Below, one piece after another: positions 11,091-20,183 of a DNA stretch of 64,000 bases. Position 1 is the stretch's first letter, and the number at the start of each line of letters is the position of its first letter. The position numbers were made by a program, and so were the translations under genes. Below the pieces are notes generated by a model, which was not told the origin of the DNA, did no database searches, and saw only the letters and a program-made list of their open reading frames with translations. The stretch lies in the NCBI GenBank assembly GCA_964427405.1, contig CAYRUB010000002.1:4741-68740 (forward strand), written 5' to 3'. This DNA is from an uncultured Planctomycetales bacterium (GTDB lineage: Bacteria > Omnitrophota > Gorgyraeia > Gygaellales > Profunditerraquicolaceae).

Positions 11091-12497
11091 ATGCATAAAC
11101 GTAAACTATTAATTATCCTGTTGTTTTTGTCGTTTGCCGGTTGTACCAGTATAGAAAAACCTGACTTGACGTATTGGTCAAAAATGCCTGCTTTAGAGCC
11201 TTTTAAAGAAGGGGAGCGTGTGTTGATCTTGGCCCCGCATCCTGATGACGAGGCGATTGCCTGCGCAGGAGTCATCCAGCAGGCGCTTAGGGCAGGCGCA
11301 AAGATAAGAATAGTTTATCTGACCAATGGTGATCATAATGAGCTGGCTTTTATTGTTTATGAAAAAAGGATAACTGTACGCCGGGGTGAGTTTGTGCACA
11401 TGGGGCAGGTGCGTCAGCAAGAGTCGATTAAGGCGATGAAATCCCTGGGGTTATCTGAAGACGATCTGGTATTTTTAGGCTACCCTGATTACGGTACCTT
11501 TAACATATTCAGCCAGTATTGGCAGGCTAAGAAACCATTCCGTGACCGGTTAACCCGCATATCTAATGTGCCTTACAAAGATAATCCTTCCTACGGAGCT
11601 GCGTATTGCGGCGAAAGCATTCTCAATGACCTGAGCAGACAGATTTTAGATTATAAGCCGGATAAAATATTTGTTTCACATCCGGCGGATGTTAACGTAG
11701 ATCATAAATCGCTATATCTGTTCCTCCAGGTGGCCTTGAGTGATTTGGAAGGCCAGATCCCCAAGCCAAAAATTTATCCATATCTTGTGCATTGCGTTGG
11801 TTGGCCTCAGCCCCGGCATTATCATCCGGAGTTAGAACTTTATCCGCCAAATAAATTCATTGATTCAGAGATCAACTGGGTCCGGGCAAATTTAAGTTTC
11901 GGAGAACTGGATAAAAAATATCAGTCTATACTTCTCTATAAGAGCCAGACGGAATCCAGCGCTTTTTACCTATTTTCCTTCGCCAGAGAAAATGAATTAT
12001 TCGGAGATTATCCGGTTTTGGAGCTGGTTCCTCAGCAGAGATTAAAAGATAGGGTTATTTCTTATTTCGGCGCCTCAAAGATGTTTAAAGATGTGCCGGG
12101 CATGGAATCTTCCGGACAGGAGGAAGCGATAGAGGGCAATGGGCAGGTTAGCTATGCCGAAGAGGACAGTTGTTTTATTGTGCGTGTAGATAAGCCTAAA
12201 AAACTCAGCAATAGATTTGGGGTGTTGTTGCATGTGTTTGGGTATAGCAAGAATACTGTTTTTTCCGCGATGCCCAAAATACGTATTATTACTGCGGGAA
12301 AGAAATTCCGGGTATTTGACGCACAGAAAAGAGTAATTAATTCCGGGGTAACGCTTGAGTTTGACAGGAATTATTTAGTTATAAAAATTCCGCTTAAGCT
12401 TTTGGGTGAGCCAGGTTATGTCTTGACTGCCCTTAAGGCTTTTCATGGCAACCTGCCTATTGACGCTGTGGGTTTCCGCAAGGTCAAGTTGAAATGA
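11091..12497 (+). CDS. PIG-L/LmbE family deacetylase lipoprotein with an extra ~200-aa C-terminal domain
   Basis: Lipobox FAGC and a HPDDEAIACAG zinc-deacetylase motif. The C-terminal half is uncharacterised. Confidence 0.7.
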   Translation: MHKRKLLIILLFLSFAGCTSIEKPDLTYWSKMPALEPFKEGERVLILAPHPDDEAIACAGVIQQALRAGAKIRIVYLTNGDHNELAFIVYEKRITVRRGEFVHMGQVRQQESIKAMKSLGLSEDDLVFLGYPDYGTFNIFSQYWQAKKPFRDRLTRISNVPYKDNPSYGAAYCGESILNDLSRQILDYKPDKIFVSHPADVNVDHKSLYLFLQVALSDLEGQIPKPKIYPYLVHCVGWPQPRHYHPELELYPPNKFIDSEINWVRANLSFGELDKKYQSILLYKSQTESSAFYLFSFARENELFGDYPVLELVPQQRLKDRVISYFGASKMFKDVPGMESSGQEEAIEGNGQVSYAEEDSCFIVRVDKPKKLSNRFGVLLHVFGYSKNTVFSAMPKIRIITAGKKFRVFDAQKRVINSGVTLEFDRNYLVIKIPLKLLGEPGYVLTALKAFHGNLPIDAVGFRKVKLK

Positions 12498-12568
12498 GGC
12501 CTTAGAAAGTGAGCACCCCGCGTTTATAAGGATTTACGCTGGTCTGTCCCGCTGGACAAGGAGGGGAT

Positions 12569-13051
12569 ATGTTAGAAATAAAGACGGTAAAAATAGATAA
12601 GCCAGATGATTTAAATTTTATTTTAGGCCAGGCGCATTTTATTAAAACAGCGGAGGATCTTTATGAATCTTTGATTAATGTTCCGGGGGCAAAATTCGGC
12701 CTGGCTTTTAGCGAGGCATCCGGTGCATGTAAGATACGCAGTGAAGGTAATGATACGGCGCTTAAAGAGTTGGCCTGTAAGAATGCGCTTGAGCTTGCTT
12801 GCGGGCACAGTTTTATTATTTTTCTCAAGGAAGCATATCCTATCAGCGTATTAAACGCTATAAAGAATATTCCTGAAGTCTGCAATATCTATTGCGCTAC
12901 GGCTAATCCCGTGGAAGTAATAATCGCTCAAAGTCAAGGCGGCAGGGGTATATTAGGGGTAATAGATGGCTTAAGCCCCAAGGGCATAGAAACGCCTGAG
13001 GATATCTCTTGGCGTAAGGATTTATTGCGTAAGATTGGCTATAAGCTTTAA
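12569..13051 (+). CDS. adenosine-specific kinase family protein (small ~160-aa family)
   Basis: Size and sequence resemble archaeal/bacterial 'adenosine specific kinase'. This is a recollection of the family, not a verified match. Confidence 0.45.
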   Translation: MLEIKTVKIDKPDDLNFILGQAHFIKTAEDLYESLINVPGAKFGLAFSEASGACKIRSEGNDTALKELACKNALELACGHSFIIFLKEAYPISVLNAIKNIPEVCNIYCATANPVEVIIAQSQGGRGILGVIDGLSPKGIETPEDISWRKDLLRKIGYKL

Positions 13052-13106
13052 ATTATCATTTGCAATTTATGGGCAGTTTGTTATAATTATTTAACTTAAA
13101 ATTAAA

Positions 13107-14018
13107 ATGGATTCTAAAAAAATACGCAAAAGTTTAAGTCGTTTTTCGGCTTGGCTCGGTTTAAATATATGTTCTTTGATAGTCAGGGTTATCCCTACAA
13201 GCTATCTCTATGGTTTTGCCAGGGATATTGCTTCTTTGGCCTATGTATTTGCGGCAAAGCATAGAAAAATTGCTTTAGAAAGCCTTGATATTGCCTTTGG
13301 TAAGGAAAAATCCCGCCAAGAAATCGAAAGAATAGCCAAGGATTGTTTTATATATATGGCTAAAGGTGCGGTTGAGCTGATGTTCTTTTTTGATAAGCCG
13401 CATATGCTAAAAGGAAAGGTGGATATTCAGGGCCGCCAAAATCTGGATACGGCATTAGAGCGCGGACGGGGCGTGATTTTAGTTAGCGCGCATTTTGGTA
13501 ATTTCCCGCTTCTCTTGGGCCGCCTCGCGGTAGAAGGATACAAAACATGCGGGATTATGCGGCCAATGCACGATGCCAGGGTGGAAAAGATTTTCTTTGA
13601 AAAAAGAGAGAAGTATGGGGTAAGGACTATTTACAGTCAGCCGCGTAATGAATGTGTAAATAACACTATTGCTGCCTTACGTAATAATGAATTGATTTTT
13701 GTACCTATCGACCAGAATTTTGGAACCGGAGGAGTATTTGTAAATTTCTTTGGCAAGCAGGCGGCGACTGCAACCGGGCCGGTGATCCTGGCGCAGCGAA
13801 CCAAGGCGGCACTTATTCCTTGTTTTATTCTCAGGCAGCCTGGCGATAGGCATAAGATAATTTTTGAGCCTGAGTTAGAATTAAAAGAGGGCAAAGATCC
13901 CCGGGACACGGTATTGATAAATATTCAAAGGCTTACGGATATAATTGAAGCATATATACGTAAATATCCTGCGGAGTGGGGTTGGATTCATCGCAGGTGG
14001 AAAAGTAAACCTAGTTAA
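13107..14018 (+). CDS. lipid A biosynthesis lauroyl/myristoyl acyltransferase (LpxL/HtrB family)
   Basis: Lysophospholipid-acyltransferase-type H-box (SAHFGNFP) and an N-terminal TM helix. Confidence 0.75.
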   Translation: MDSKKIRKSLSRFSAWLGLNICSLIVRVIPTSYLYGFARDIASLAYVFAAKHRKIALESLDIAFGKEKSRQEIERIAKDCFIYMAKGAVELMFFFDKPHMLKGKVDIQGRQNLDTALERGRGVILVSAHFGNFPLLLGRLAVEGYKTCGIMRPMHDARVEKIFFEKREKYGVRTIYSQPRNECVNNTIAALRNNELIFVPIDQNFGTGGVFVNFFGKQAATATGPVILAQRTKAALIPCFILRQPGDRHKIIFEPELELKEGKDPRDTVLINIQRLTDIIEAYIRKYPAEWGWIHRRWKSKPS

Positions 14019-14031
14019 AGGAGGTGTTCAA

Positions 14032-14235
14032 ATGGCAGGAGAAGAGAAAAAGTGCTGTGATGCAAAGAAGACGTTGTCTACGCTTTTTAAGGTTGTTTTA
14101 GGCCTTGCGTTTTTAGTTTTAGGAGGTTTGGCAATCTTAAAATGGTGGAAAGCGCTTCTTTTAATCGTTAAAGGTTGTATTGGCCTGTTTTTGATTTTGG
14201 CTGGCGTGATTACTTTAGCTATAGCGAAAGAATAA
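14032..14235 (+). CDS. small membrane protein (2 TM)
   Basis: The ORF was trimmed to the ATG at 14032 to avoid overlapping the upstream gene. Hydrophobic. Confidence 0.4.
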   Translation: MAGEEKKCCDAKKTLSTLFKVVLGLAFLVLGGLAILKWWKALLLIVKGCIGLFLILAGVITLAIAKE

Positions 14236-14303
14236 ATAGATAATGGGGTCGGATCTATTTTCTAAAAAACAGTTCCGGCCCCATTATTCTCATAGGAGAG
14301 TAT

Positions 14304-14873
14304 ATGGAGTCAATTGTAAGCAGGGAAATTATTACCAATAAAAGAATTTGCCGGTTTTTAGCCGTGGCAGTTTTTATAACTCTAACTACTTTATCCGCTT
14401 TTGTGCGCATTCCTTTGCCTTTGACTCCTGTGCCGCTTACGCTGCAGACATTATTTGTCTTGCTTTCAGGCGCATTATTGGGCAGGAGATTGGGTGTATT
14501 TACGCAAGTTGGATATCTGCTTTTGGGACTGACCGGTTTTCAGGTGTTTACCGGATTTGGCAGCGGATCTCTTTATCTTTTGGGGCCTACCGGAGGTTAT
14601 ATCGTTGGTTTCGTTTTAACCTCTTTCTTTACCGGAAGCTTATTCTCGGAAGTGAAACTTGGCTGGAGGAATACTTTCTTAAAGTTTTTATGTGCAGATT
14701 TTATAATCCTGTTTAGCGGGATGCTTTGGCTTAAAATTGCTCTGTCATGTTCATTTAGCCAGGCATTTTTGCTTGGCTTTTTGCCCTTTGTGCCAGGTGA
14801 CCTGTTAAAGATTATATCCGCAACAGCTGTTTTTAATAAAATACATTCGCGTATCAAAGCGTCTCTTTATTAA
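14304..14873 (+). CDS. bioY: biotin transporter BioY
   Basis: Characteristic BioY N-terminus (VRIPLPLTPVPLTLQTLFVLLSGALLG). Confidence 0.85.
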   Translation: MESIVSREIITNKRICRFLAVAVFITLTTLSAFVRIPLPLTPVPLTLQTLFVLLSGALLGRRLGVFTQVGYLLLGLTGFQVFTGFGSGSLYLLGPTGGYIVGFVLTSFFTGSLFSEVKLGWRNTFLKFLCADFIILFSGMLWLKIALSCSFSQAFLLGFLPFVPGDLLKIISATAVFNKIHSRIKASLY

Positions 14874-14904
14874 CCAGTATGACGCAAGAAGATTCCTTTA
14901 ATCA

Positions 14905-16296
14905 ATGAAAAGCTTGGCTCTTAAGCTGTGTTCTTTGCTTTCTCTTTCCCTATGCCTTGGGTTCTATGCCAGTTCTTCCGGAATGAATGCGCATCAGGCC
15001 TTATCTATAAGTATATTCTCTGCCTCAATCCTCGGGACTCTTTTCTTTTGGGATTTTCGTCTTAGTTTCGCTTTTATCGGCACCTCCGTATTGCTGATGA
15101 CTAAAACCATTGACTTAGAGCATGTTATTGAATTTTCTTCGCTCGAGGTAATCCTTTTCCTGGTAGGGATGATGGTGATTATCGGCCTGCTTAAGGATTC
15201 CGGGGTTTTTACCTGGATTGTCAGCCTTATTTTACGTATCCCAAAATTAACCGGCAGAAAATTTGTCCTTATTATAGGTCTCATGTCTGCTTTACTTGCC
15301 TGTACTATCGATGAAGTAACTTCAATTATTTTTATGGTTGTTGCGGTTTTGGAAATCTGTGATTATTTTGAAGTCAATCCCGTACCGTTTGTTATAATTT
15401 CAGTCTTAGCTACAAATATAGGGTCTTCGGCTACGGTATTGGGCAATCCTATCGGCATACTTATCGCCTCAAAATCCGGCCTAAGCTTTGAAGATTTTAT
15501 TGTTAAGGCCTTTCCTTTGGCGGCACTGTGTTTACTGGTTACTATTTTGATTCTTCTGTTCTGGTATAGGAAGCCGATCAAATTTCTTGATGAACAAATG
15601 CAGAGGCTGGGGGCTAATGAAATACTGATCAGATTAATATCTGTGCCCCCGGAAAGAAGCCTAAAGATAAATTTGGGGATATTCGCAACGATGCTGATTT
15701 TTATATCACTGCACCGCCGCATGGAAATAGCCTGGGGCCTGCCTGCTAATACCGTCTTGTTGGTTGTGCCGCTTGTAGCCAGCGGACTGGTAATGATCTG
15801 GAAACATAATAAGGCCAGGAAATATATCGAAAAAGACGTAGAATGGTGGACATTACTTTTCTTTTTGCTTTTATTCGTCCAGGCAGGGACATTAAAATAT
15901 ACCGGAGCAACTGAGTTTATCGCCAAGCATATGCTGGCAGCATGCGGTAATAGCCTGGATCTTTTGATTTCTGCAATGCTTTGGATAAGCGCGATAGGCT
16001 CAAGTGTTTTAGATAATGTAGTTTTAGTGGCAGCCTTTATTCCTGTGGTACAGGGATTCCAGAGTTTAAATATAAACCTGCAGCCATTATGGTGGGCTTT
16101 GCTTTTTGGCGGCTGCCTGGGAGGAAATATAACCCTTATCGGCTCTACGGCTAATATTGTAGCCATAGGTATTGTTGAGAAGGAGAAACGCGTTAAGATA
16201 ACTTTTCTTAATTGGTTTGGGGTGGGTTTAAGCGTAGGTTTGATTACTACGTTTATTGTAATGATAGCGCTGATTTTTCTGCCTTTTTATAGATAA
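14905..16296 (+). CDS. ArsB/NhaD/CitMHS-superfamily ion permease
   Basis: About 12 TM segments with repeated GN(P)IGxxANIV motifs. A paralog sits at 28635. Confidence 0.7.
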   Translation: MKSLALKLCSLLSLSLCLGFYASSSGMNAHQALSISIFSASILGTLFFWDFRLSFAFIGTSVLLMTKTIDLEHVIEFSSLEVILFLVGMMVIIGLLKDSGVFTWIVSLILRIPKLTGRKFVLIIGLMSALLACTIDEVTSIIFMVVAVLEICDYFEVNPVPFVIISVLATNIGSSATVLGNPIGILIASKSGLSFEDFIVKAFPLAALCLLVTILILLFWYRKPIKFLDEQMQRLGANEILIRLISVPPERSLKINLGIFATMLIFISLHRRMEIAWGLPANTVLLVVPLVASGLVMIWKHNKARKYIEKDVEWWTLLFFLLLFVQAGTLKYTGATEFIAKHMLAACGNSLDLLISAMLWISAIGSSVLDNVVLVAAFIPVVQGFQSLNINLQPLWWALLFGGCLGGNITLIGSTANIVAIGIVEKEKRVKITFLNWFGVGLSVGLITTFIVMIALIFLPFYR

Positions 16297-16349
16297 CTTG
16301 ACAAATTAAAAAATCTGTGTTAATTTAACCCTAATAAAGGAGGGGTAAG

Positions 16350-16916
16350 ATGGATTCAAAGAAGGTTATAGCTGTTTTTGTATTTACTGTCTTAATTACG
16401 GTAACTACGCTTATTGCTTTTGCTGCTGAAGAAGTTACGGTTGGCACTGAGAATCCTGTTGCCAGCCCTGCAGAATCTGCAGTCTCTGTTTCTACCCCTC
16501 AGGCTCCTTCGCAGAATGAAAATGATACGCAGTGGGTTTGGGGAGAGGTGGTTAATTTAGACAACACAGTCAAAACAATCACCTTAAAATACCTTGATTA
16601 TGAAACAGACCAGGAAAAGGATATTGTTTTAGCTGTTGATGAAAAGACTGCTTTTGAAAATATTAAAAACTTTGATGAGATAAAGGTTAAGAATACCCTG
16701 AGTATAGATTATGCGGTTGGGCCAGACGGCAAAAATATTGCCAAAAATATTGGTCTTGAAAGCCCGGATTCTTCTGCCGTTGTTCCTGCGCAGGCTGGAG
16801 ATACTAAACAGGTTGACACTCAGATTGCTCCGGAACAATCAGTAGCTACCCCAGAGGTAGGTGTTGAACAGGCGCTTCCGGTAAGCGCAACATCAGATCC
16901 GGTTACTCAAAAATAG
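16350..16916 (+). CDS. secreted protein, unknown function
   Basis: Signal peptide and low-complexity acidic/Pro-rich regions. The promoter-like TTGACA at 16298 precedes it. Confidence 0.5.
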   Translation: MDSKKVIAVFVFTVLITVTTLIAFAAEEVTVGTENPVASPAESAVSVSTPQAPSQNENDTQWVWGEVVNLDNTVKTITLKYLDYETDQEKDIVLAVDEKTAFENIKNFDEIKVKNTLSIDYAVGPDGKNIAKNIGLESPDSSAVVPAQAGDTKQVDTQIAPEQSVATPEVGVEQALPVSATSDPVTQK

Positions 16917-16957
16917 GCGTAGTAAGTAGATATTTTTAAACATTAGATGTTACTTTA

Positions 16958-16992
16958 AATAGGCAGGGCTTCTAAACCCTGCCTATATTTTC
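16958..16992 (+). terminator. rho-independent terminator
   Basis: AATAGGCAGGG / CCCTGCCTAT stem followed by ATTTTC. Confidence 0.6.
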
Positions 16993-16995
16993 ATT

Positions 16996-17637
16996 ATGCA
17001 GAATATTAAATTGATTATTTTTGATTTGGATGGCACCTTAATAGATGCTTATGCGGCCATATGCAGCAGTTTTAATTACGTAATGCGTAAACTGGGGTTG
17101 AAGCCCAAAAACTCAAGGCTTATCCGCCGTCTGGTAGGTTGGGGAGATGCAAATTTACTTAAGCCATATGTGCCTGAACATGATTTAAAACGATCTTTAC
17201 GCTTATATCGTAACCATCATAAGCTTAGTTTGCTTAGGCAATCGCATCTTTACCCGCATGTTAGAATGCTTTTGCGCAAGCTTAAAGCCCGGGGCTGCAA
17301 GTTAGCAGTAGCCAGCAACCGGCCAAGCAGGTTTTCCTTTATTTTATTAAGACACCTGCGTATAATTAAATTTTTTGATTATGTACTTTGCGCCGATAAA
17401 TTAAAACGTGGCAAGCCGGATCCTGAGATATTGAATAAAATAATCAAAAAGTTTGCTCTTAAGAAATCACAAGTTTTGTATGTGGGGGATATGGTTATTG
17501 ATGCGCAAGCCGGAAGGCGCGCAAAGGTCAAGACAATAATCGTAACCAGTGGCTCAAGCGGCATAGCTGAAATCAAAAGAGAGAACCCATTTAAAATAAT
17601 CTCCGGAGTCAGGCAGCTGGCAAGAATGTTTAGCTGA
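16996..17637 (+). CDS. HAD-superfamily hydrolase (phosphoglycolate-phosphatase-like)
   Basis: DxDGTL motif (IIFDLDGTLID) and a C-terminal GDxxxD. Confidence 0.8.
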   Translation: MQNIKLIIFDLDGTLIDAYAAICSSFNYVMRKLGLKPKNSRLIRRLVGWGDANLLKPYVPEHDLKRSLRLYRNHHKLSLLRQSHLYPHVRMLLRKLKARGCKLAVASNRPSRFSFILLRHLRIIKFFDYVLCADKLKRGKPDPEILNKIIKKFALKKSQVLYVGDMVIDAQAGRRAKVKTIIVTSGSSGIAEIKRENPFKIISGVRQLARMFS

Positions 17638-17696
17638 AGGGGATAATTAGGTTTCCCTTGACAGCCAGGCTAATCGGTAATATATTAAAAACAGGC

Positions 17697-18341
17697 ATGA
17701 AAAAAAGCTTTAAGTTATTTGGTTGTCTGGTTTTATCGTTATTTGTCGCAGGATGTTCTTCAATAAGAATGCAGTCTGCGGACAGTAAGTATCTGGCGGA
17801 TGATCCTTTAGAAGGATACTCTGGCCCTAAGGCTAAAATAGCAGTTAGCGATTTTGAATTAAAGACCTCCGGTCTTAATACGGAGCTCGGCCAGGCATTA
17901 AAAGAATATTTTGTCAGTATTTTAAACAATACTAAGCGCTTTGTAATGGTTTCTCCGCCGGAGACGGATTTAATCATTAGCGTGGGGATTATAGAGTTTG
18001 TCCCGGAGAATTCAGGCGGTAAATCCGGGGTAGCAGGCGGAGGAAGCGCTGCGAGCAGTTTTATGGGCGGTTTATTAGGAACCCCCTTAAACAAAGCAAC
18101 TATGCAGTTGAGCTTGCGCATTGTAGATCGCGCCACTTCAAATGTAATAAGCAGCCGGGATATTCAAAGTCAGGCAGTGGAAAATCCCGGGAATAAAATA
18201 AATACCCCCCATGATAAATTTTTTAAGGCAGGGTTAAGTGAATATGCCGGCACACCCATGGGCAAGGTTATTTATGAATGTCTGCTTGAAGCTGCGCGCT
18301 ATATCGCCTTAAATGTACCACTAACTTATTACAAGGATTAG
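17697..18341 (+). CDS. lipoprotein, possibly CsgG-like
   Basis: Lipobox VAGCSS and a segment resembling the CsgG family. This is a weak call. Confidence 0.4.
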   Translation: MKKSFKLFGCLVLSLFVAGCSSIRMQSADSKYLADDPLEGYSGPKAKIAVSDFELKTSGLNTELGQALKEYFVSILNNTKRFVMVSPPETDLIISVGIIEFVPENSGGKSGVAGGGSAASSFMGGLLGTPLNKATMQLSLRIVDRATSNVISSRDIQSQAVENPGNKINTPHDKFFKAGLSEYAGTPMGKVIYECLLEAARYIALNVPLTYYKD

Positions 18342-18434
18342 ATATGGGAAAAAGAAAACGTAGAGGAAAACTTAACTGGCGTTCTAAGAAAGCCAATAAA
18401 GGCAGAAAACCCTGTTTAGGCTAATTCCCTATAT

Positions 18435-19178
18435 ATGGTTTTATTTTGGATCCTGGGCAGTACAACCTTAGTCAGCCTTATATCCCTGGTGGGTATTTTT
18501 ACTCTTTCCATCAATGGGAATCTGCTGCATAAAATTCTTTTTTGCCTGATCGGCTTTTCCGCGGGCGCGCTTATCGGCGGAGCCTTTCTGCACATCCTTC
18601 CGGAAGCTCTGGAAAATAATAACAGCAACACAGTATTTTCATACCTTATTTTCGGGATCATAATCTTCTTCCTCATGGAAAGATATCTGCATTGGCGGCA
18701 TTGCCATGAGGAAGGCGCCTGTAAAATCCACGCCTTCACTTATTTGAATCTGGTAGGTGATGGGTTCCATAACTTTATCGACGGCATGGTAATTGCTGCA
18801 AGCTTTATGGTCTCTTTAAAACTGGGCCTGGTTACTACTTTGGCAATTATATTGCATGAGATTCCTCAGGAGTTGGGTGATTTTGCTGTTTTGGTATATG
18901 GAGGGTTCAGCAAGAAAAAGGCCCTTTTGTTTAATTTTGCCTCGGCGCTTATGGCGGTAATTGGAGCAGTAATCGGGTATTTTATATCCGATATCATCGG
19001 AAATTTTACGAACTTTATATTGCCGTTTACTGCCGGGGGGTTTATTTATATTGCCACCAGCGATCTTATTCCTGAGCTGCATAAAGAAAATGACCTTAAG
19101 CGCGCAACTGCTGCTTTTTTTGCTTTCTTGCTGGGGATAGCATTTATGGCGTTAGCAAAGGGTTTCTTACCAGGGTAG
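18435..19178 (+). CDS. ZIP family metal transporter (ZupT-like)
   Basis: HEIPQELGDF signature and 8 predicted TM segments. Confidence 0.85.
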   Translation: MVLFWILGSTTLVSLISLVGIFTLSINGNLLHKILFCLIGFSAGALIGGAFLHILPEALENNNSNTVFSYLIFGIIIFFLMERYLHWRHCHEEGACKIHAFTYLNLVGDGFHNFIDGMVIAASFMVSLKLGLVTTLAIILHEIPQELGDFAVLVYGGFSKKKALLFNFASALMAVIGAVIGYFISDIIGNFTNFILPFTAGGFIYIATSDLIPELHKENDLKRATAAFFAFLLGIAFMALAKGFLPG

Positions 19179-19202
19179 TCAAACCATCCAAATTATATTG
19201 AT

Positions 19203-20183
19203 ATGAAAATAAGGGCTTTGGCTTTAGTTTCCGGAGGTCTGGATAGTTTATTAGCCGCCAAACTGATAAAAGATCAGGGTATTGAAGTTATCGCCGTGCA
19301 TTTTAAGATTCCGTTTTGCAAGCTTGATGTAAAAAATAGTTTTGCTGATGTAGAAATAAAATTACTTGAGTTTGATTTGGGAACTGAATTTCTGTCTCTT
19401 ATAAAAAATCCTCGTTACGGTTTTGGTTCTAATCTGAATCCCTGTATTGACTGCAAGATTCTCATGTTTACTAAGGCCAAAGAACTGTTGTTAGAATTAA
19501 AAGCAAATTTTGTTATTACCGGCGAAGTGTTAGGTCAGCGACCGATGTCTCAAACTAAGCAGGCCTTAAAGCTAATTAAACATAGAAGCGGGCTGGAAGA
19601 TTTATTGCTGCGGCCTTTATCCGCGCAGTTTTTTCCTCCTAGTTTACCGGAAAGAGAAGGTTGGGTCAGGCGGGACAAGCTTCTTAATTTTAATGGCCGC
19701 ATGCGTACTCCGCAGATGCAATTGGCAAAGAAATTAGGTATAAGTAAGTATGCTAATCCAGCAGGTGGCTGCTTATTGACCGACCCCTGTTTTTCTAAAA
19801 GATTAGAGGAGCTACTCCGGCATGAAGAATTAAATCTGGATAACCTTGCGCTTTTAAAAGTGGGCAGGCATTTCCGCTTAGAGAAAAAGTCCAGGCTGGT
19901 TGTGGGCAGGGATGAGGGCGAAAACAGATTGCTTATGCAATTGGCCAGGCCAGGTGATTACCTGTTTTTTCCACAAAAGGATTTAGCCGGACCTACCTCT
20001 TTGGCTAGAGGTTTAATGACCCAGGATCTTATTCATTTATCTTCTCAAATAACCTCTGCGTATTCTGATACTATCGGCTTAAAAAATATGGAAGTTTTTT
20101 ATCGGCATAACCCTGAAACTCAGGATAATGTGCATAAGGTTGCCTGCCTGCCCAAAAGCGGGTTTGTGCATTTACTGATATGA
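19203..20183 (+). CDS. PP-loop ATP pyrophosphatase, ThiI-like tRNA sulfurtransferase lacking the THUMP domain
   Basis: SGGLDS PP-loop, NPCIDCK, ITGEVLGQRPMSQT (compare ThiI TGEALGQVSSQT), LLRPL and PAGGCLL. Confidence 0.6.
   Translation: MKIRALALVSGGLDSLLAAKLIKDQGIEVIAVHFKIPFCKLDVKNSFADVEIKLLEFDLGTEFLSLIKNPRYGFGSNLNPCIDCKILMFTKAKELLLELKANFVITGEVLGQRPMSQTKQALKLIKHRSGLEDLLLRPLSAQFFPPSLPEREGWVRRDKLLNFNGRMRTPQMQLAKKLGISKYANPAGGCLLTDPCFSKRLEELLRHEELNLDNLALLKVGRHFRLEKKSRLVVGRDEGENRLLMQLARPGDYLFFPQKDLAGPTSLARGLMTQDLIHLSSQITSAYSDTIGLKNMEVFYRHNPETQDNVHKVACLPKSGFVHLLI

Noticed and set aside
13945-14031. N-terminal 29 codons of ORF 13945-14235 overlapping the LpxL-like gene
   Set aside because: An internal ATG at 14032 gives a plausible non-overlapping start.
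15363-16166. 267-aa antisense ORF inside the permease gene. Other embedded ORFs of this kind include 5357-5632(-), 8257-8532(+), 14348-14716(+), 58197-58547(-) and 29579-29884(-).
   Set aside because: Each is fully contained in a well-supported gene on the other strand or frame. They are low-complexity with no motifs or RBS, and are typical overprinting artefacts of six-frame translation.
18344-18424. 26-codon highly basic ORF (MGKRKRRGKLNWRSKKANKGRKPCLG) between the lipoprotein and ZIP genes
   Set aside because: The region is AG-rich and could encode this by chance. Only a weak AAGGA sits upstream, and it does not match any ribosomal-protein family I can recall. It is left uncalled.
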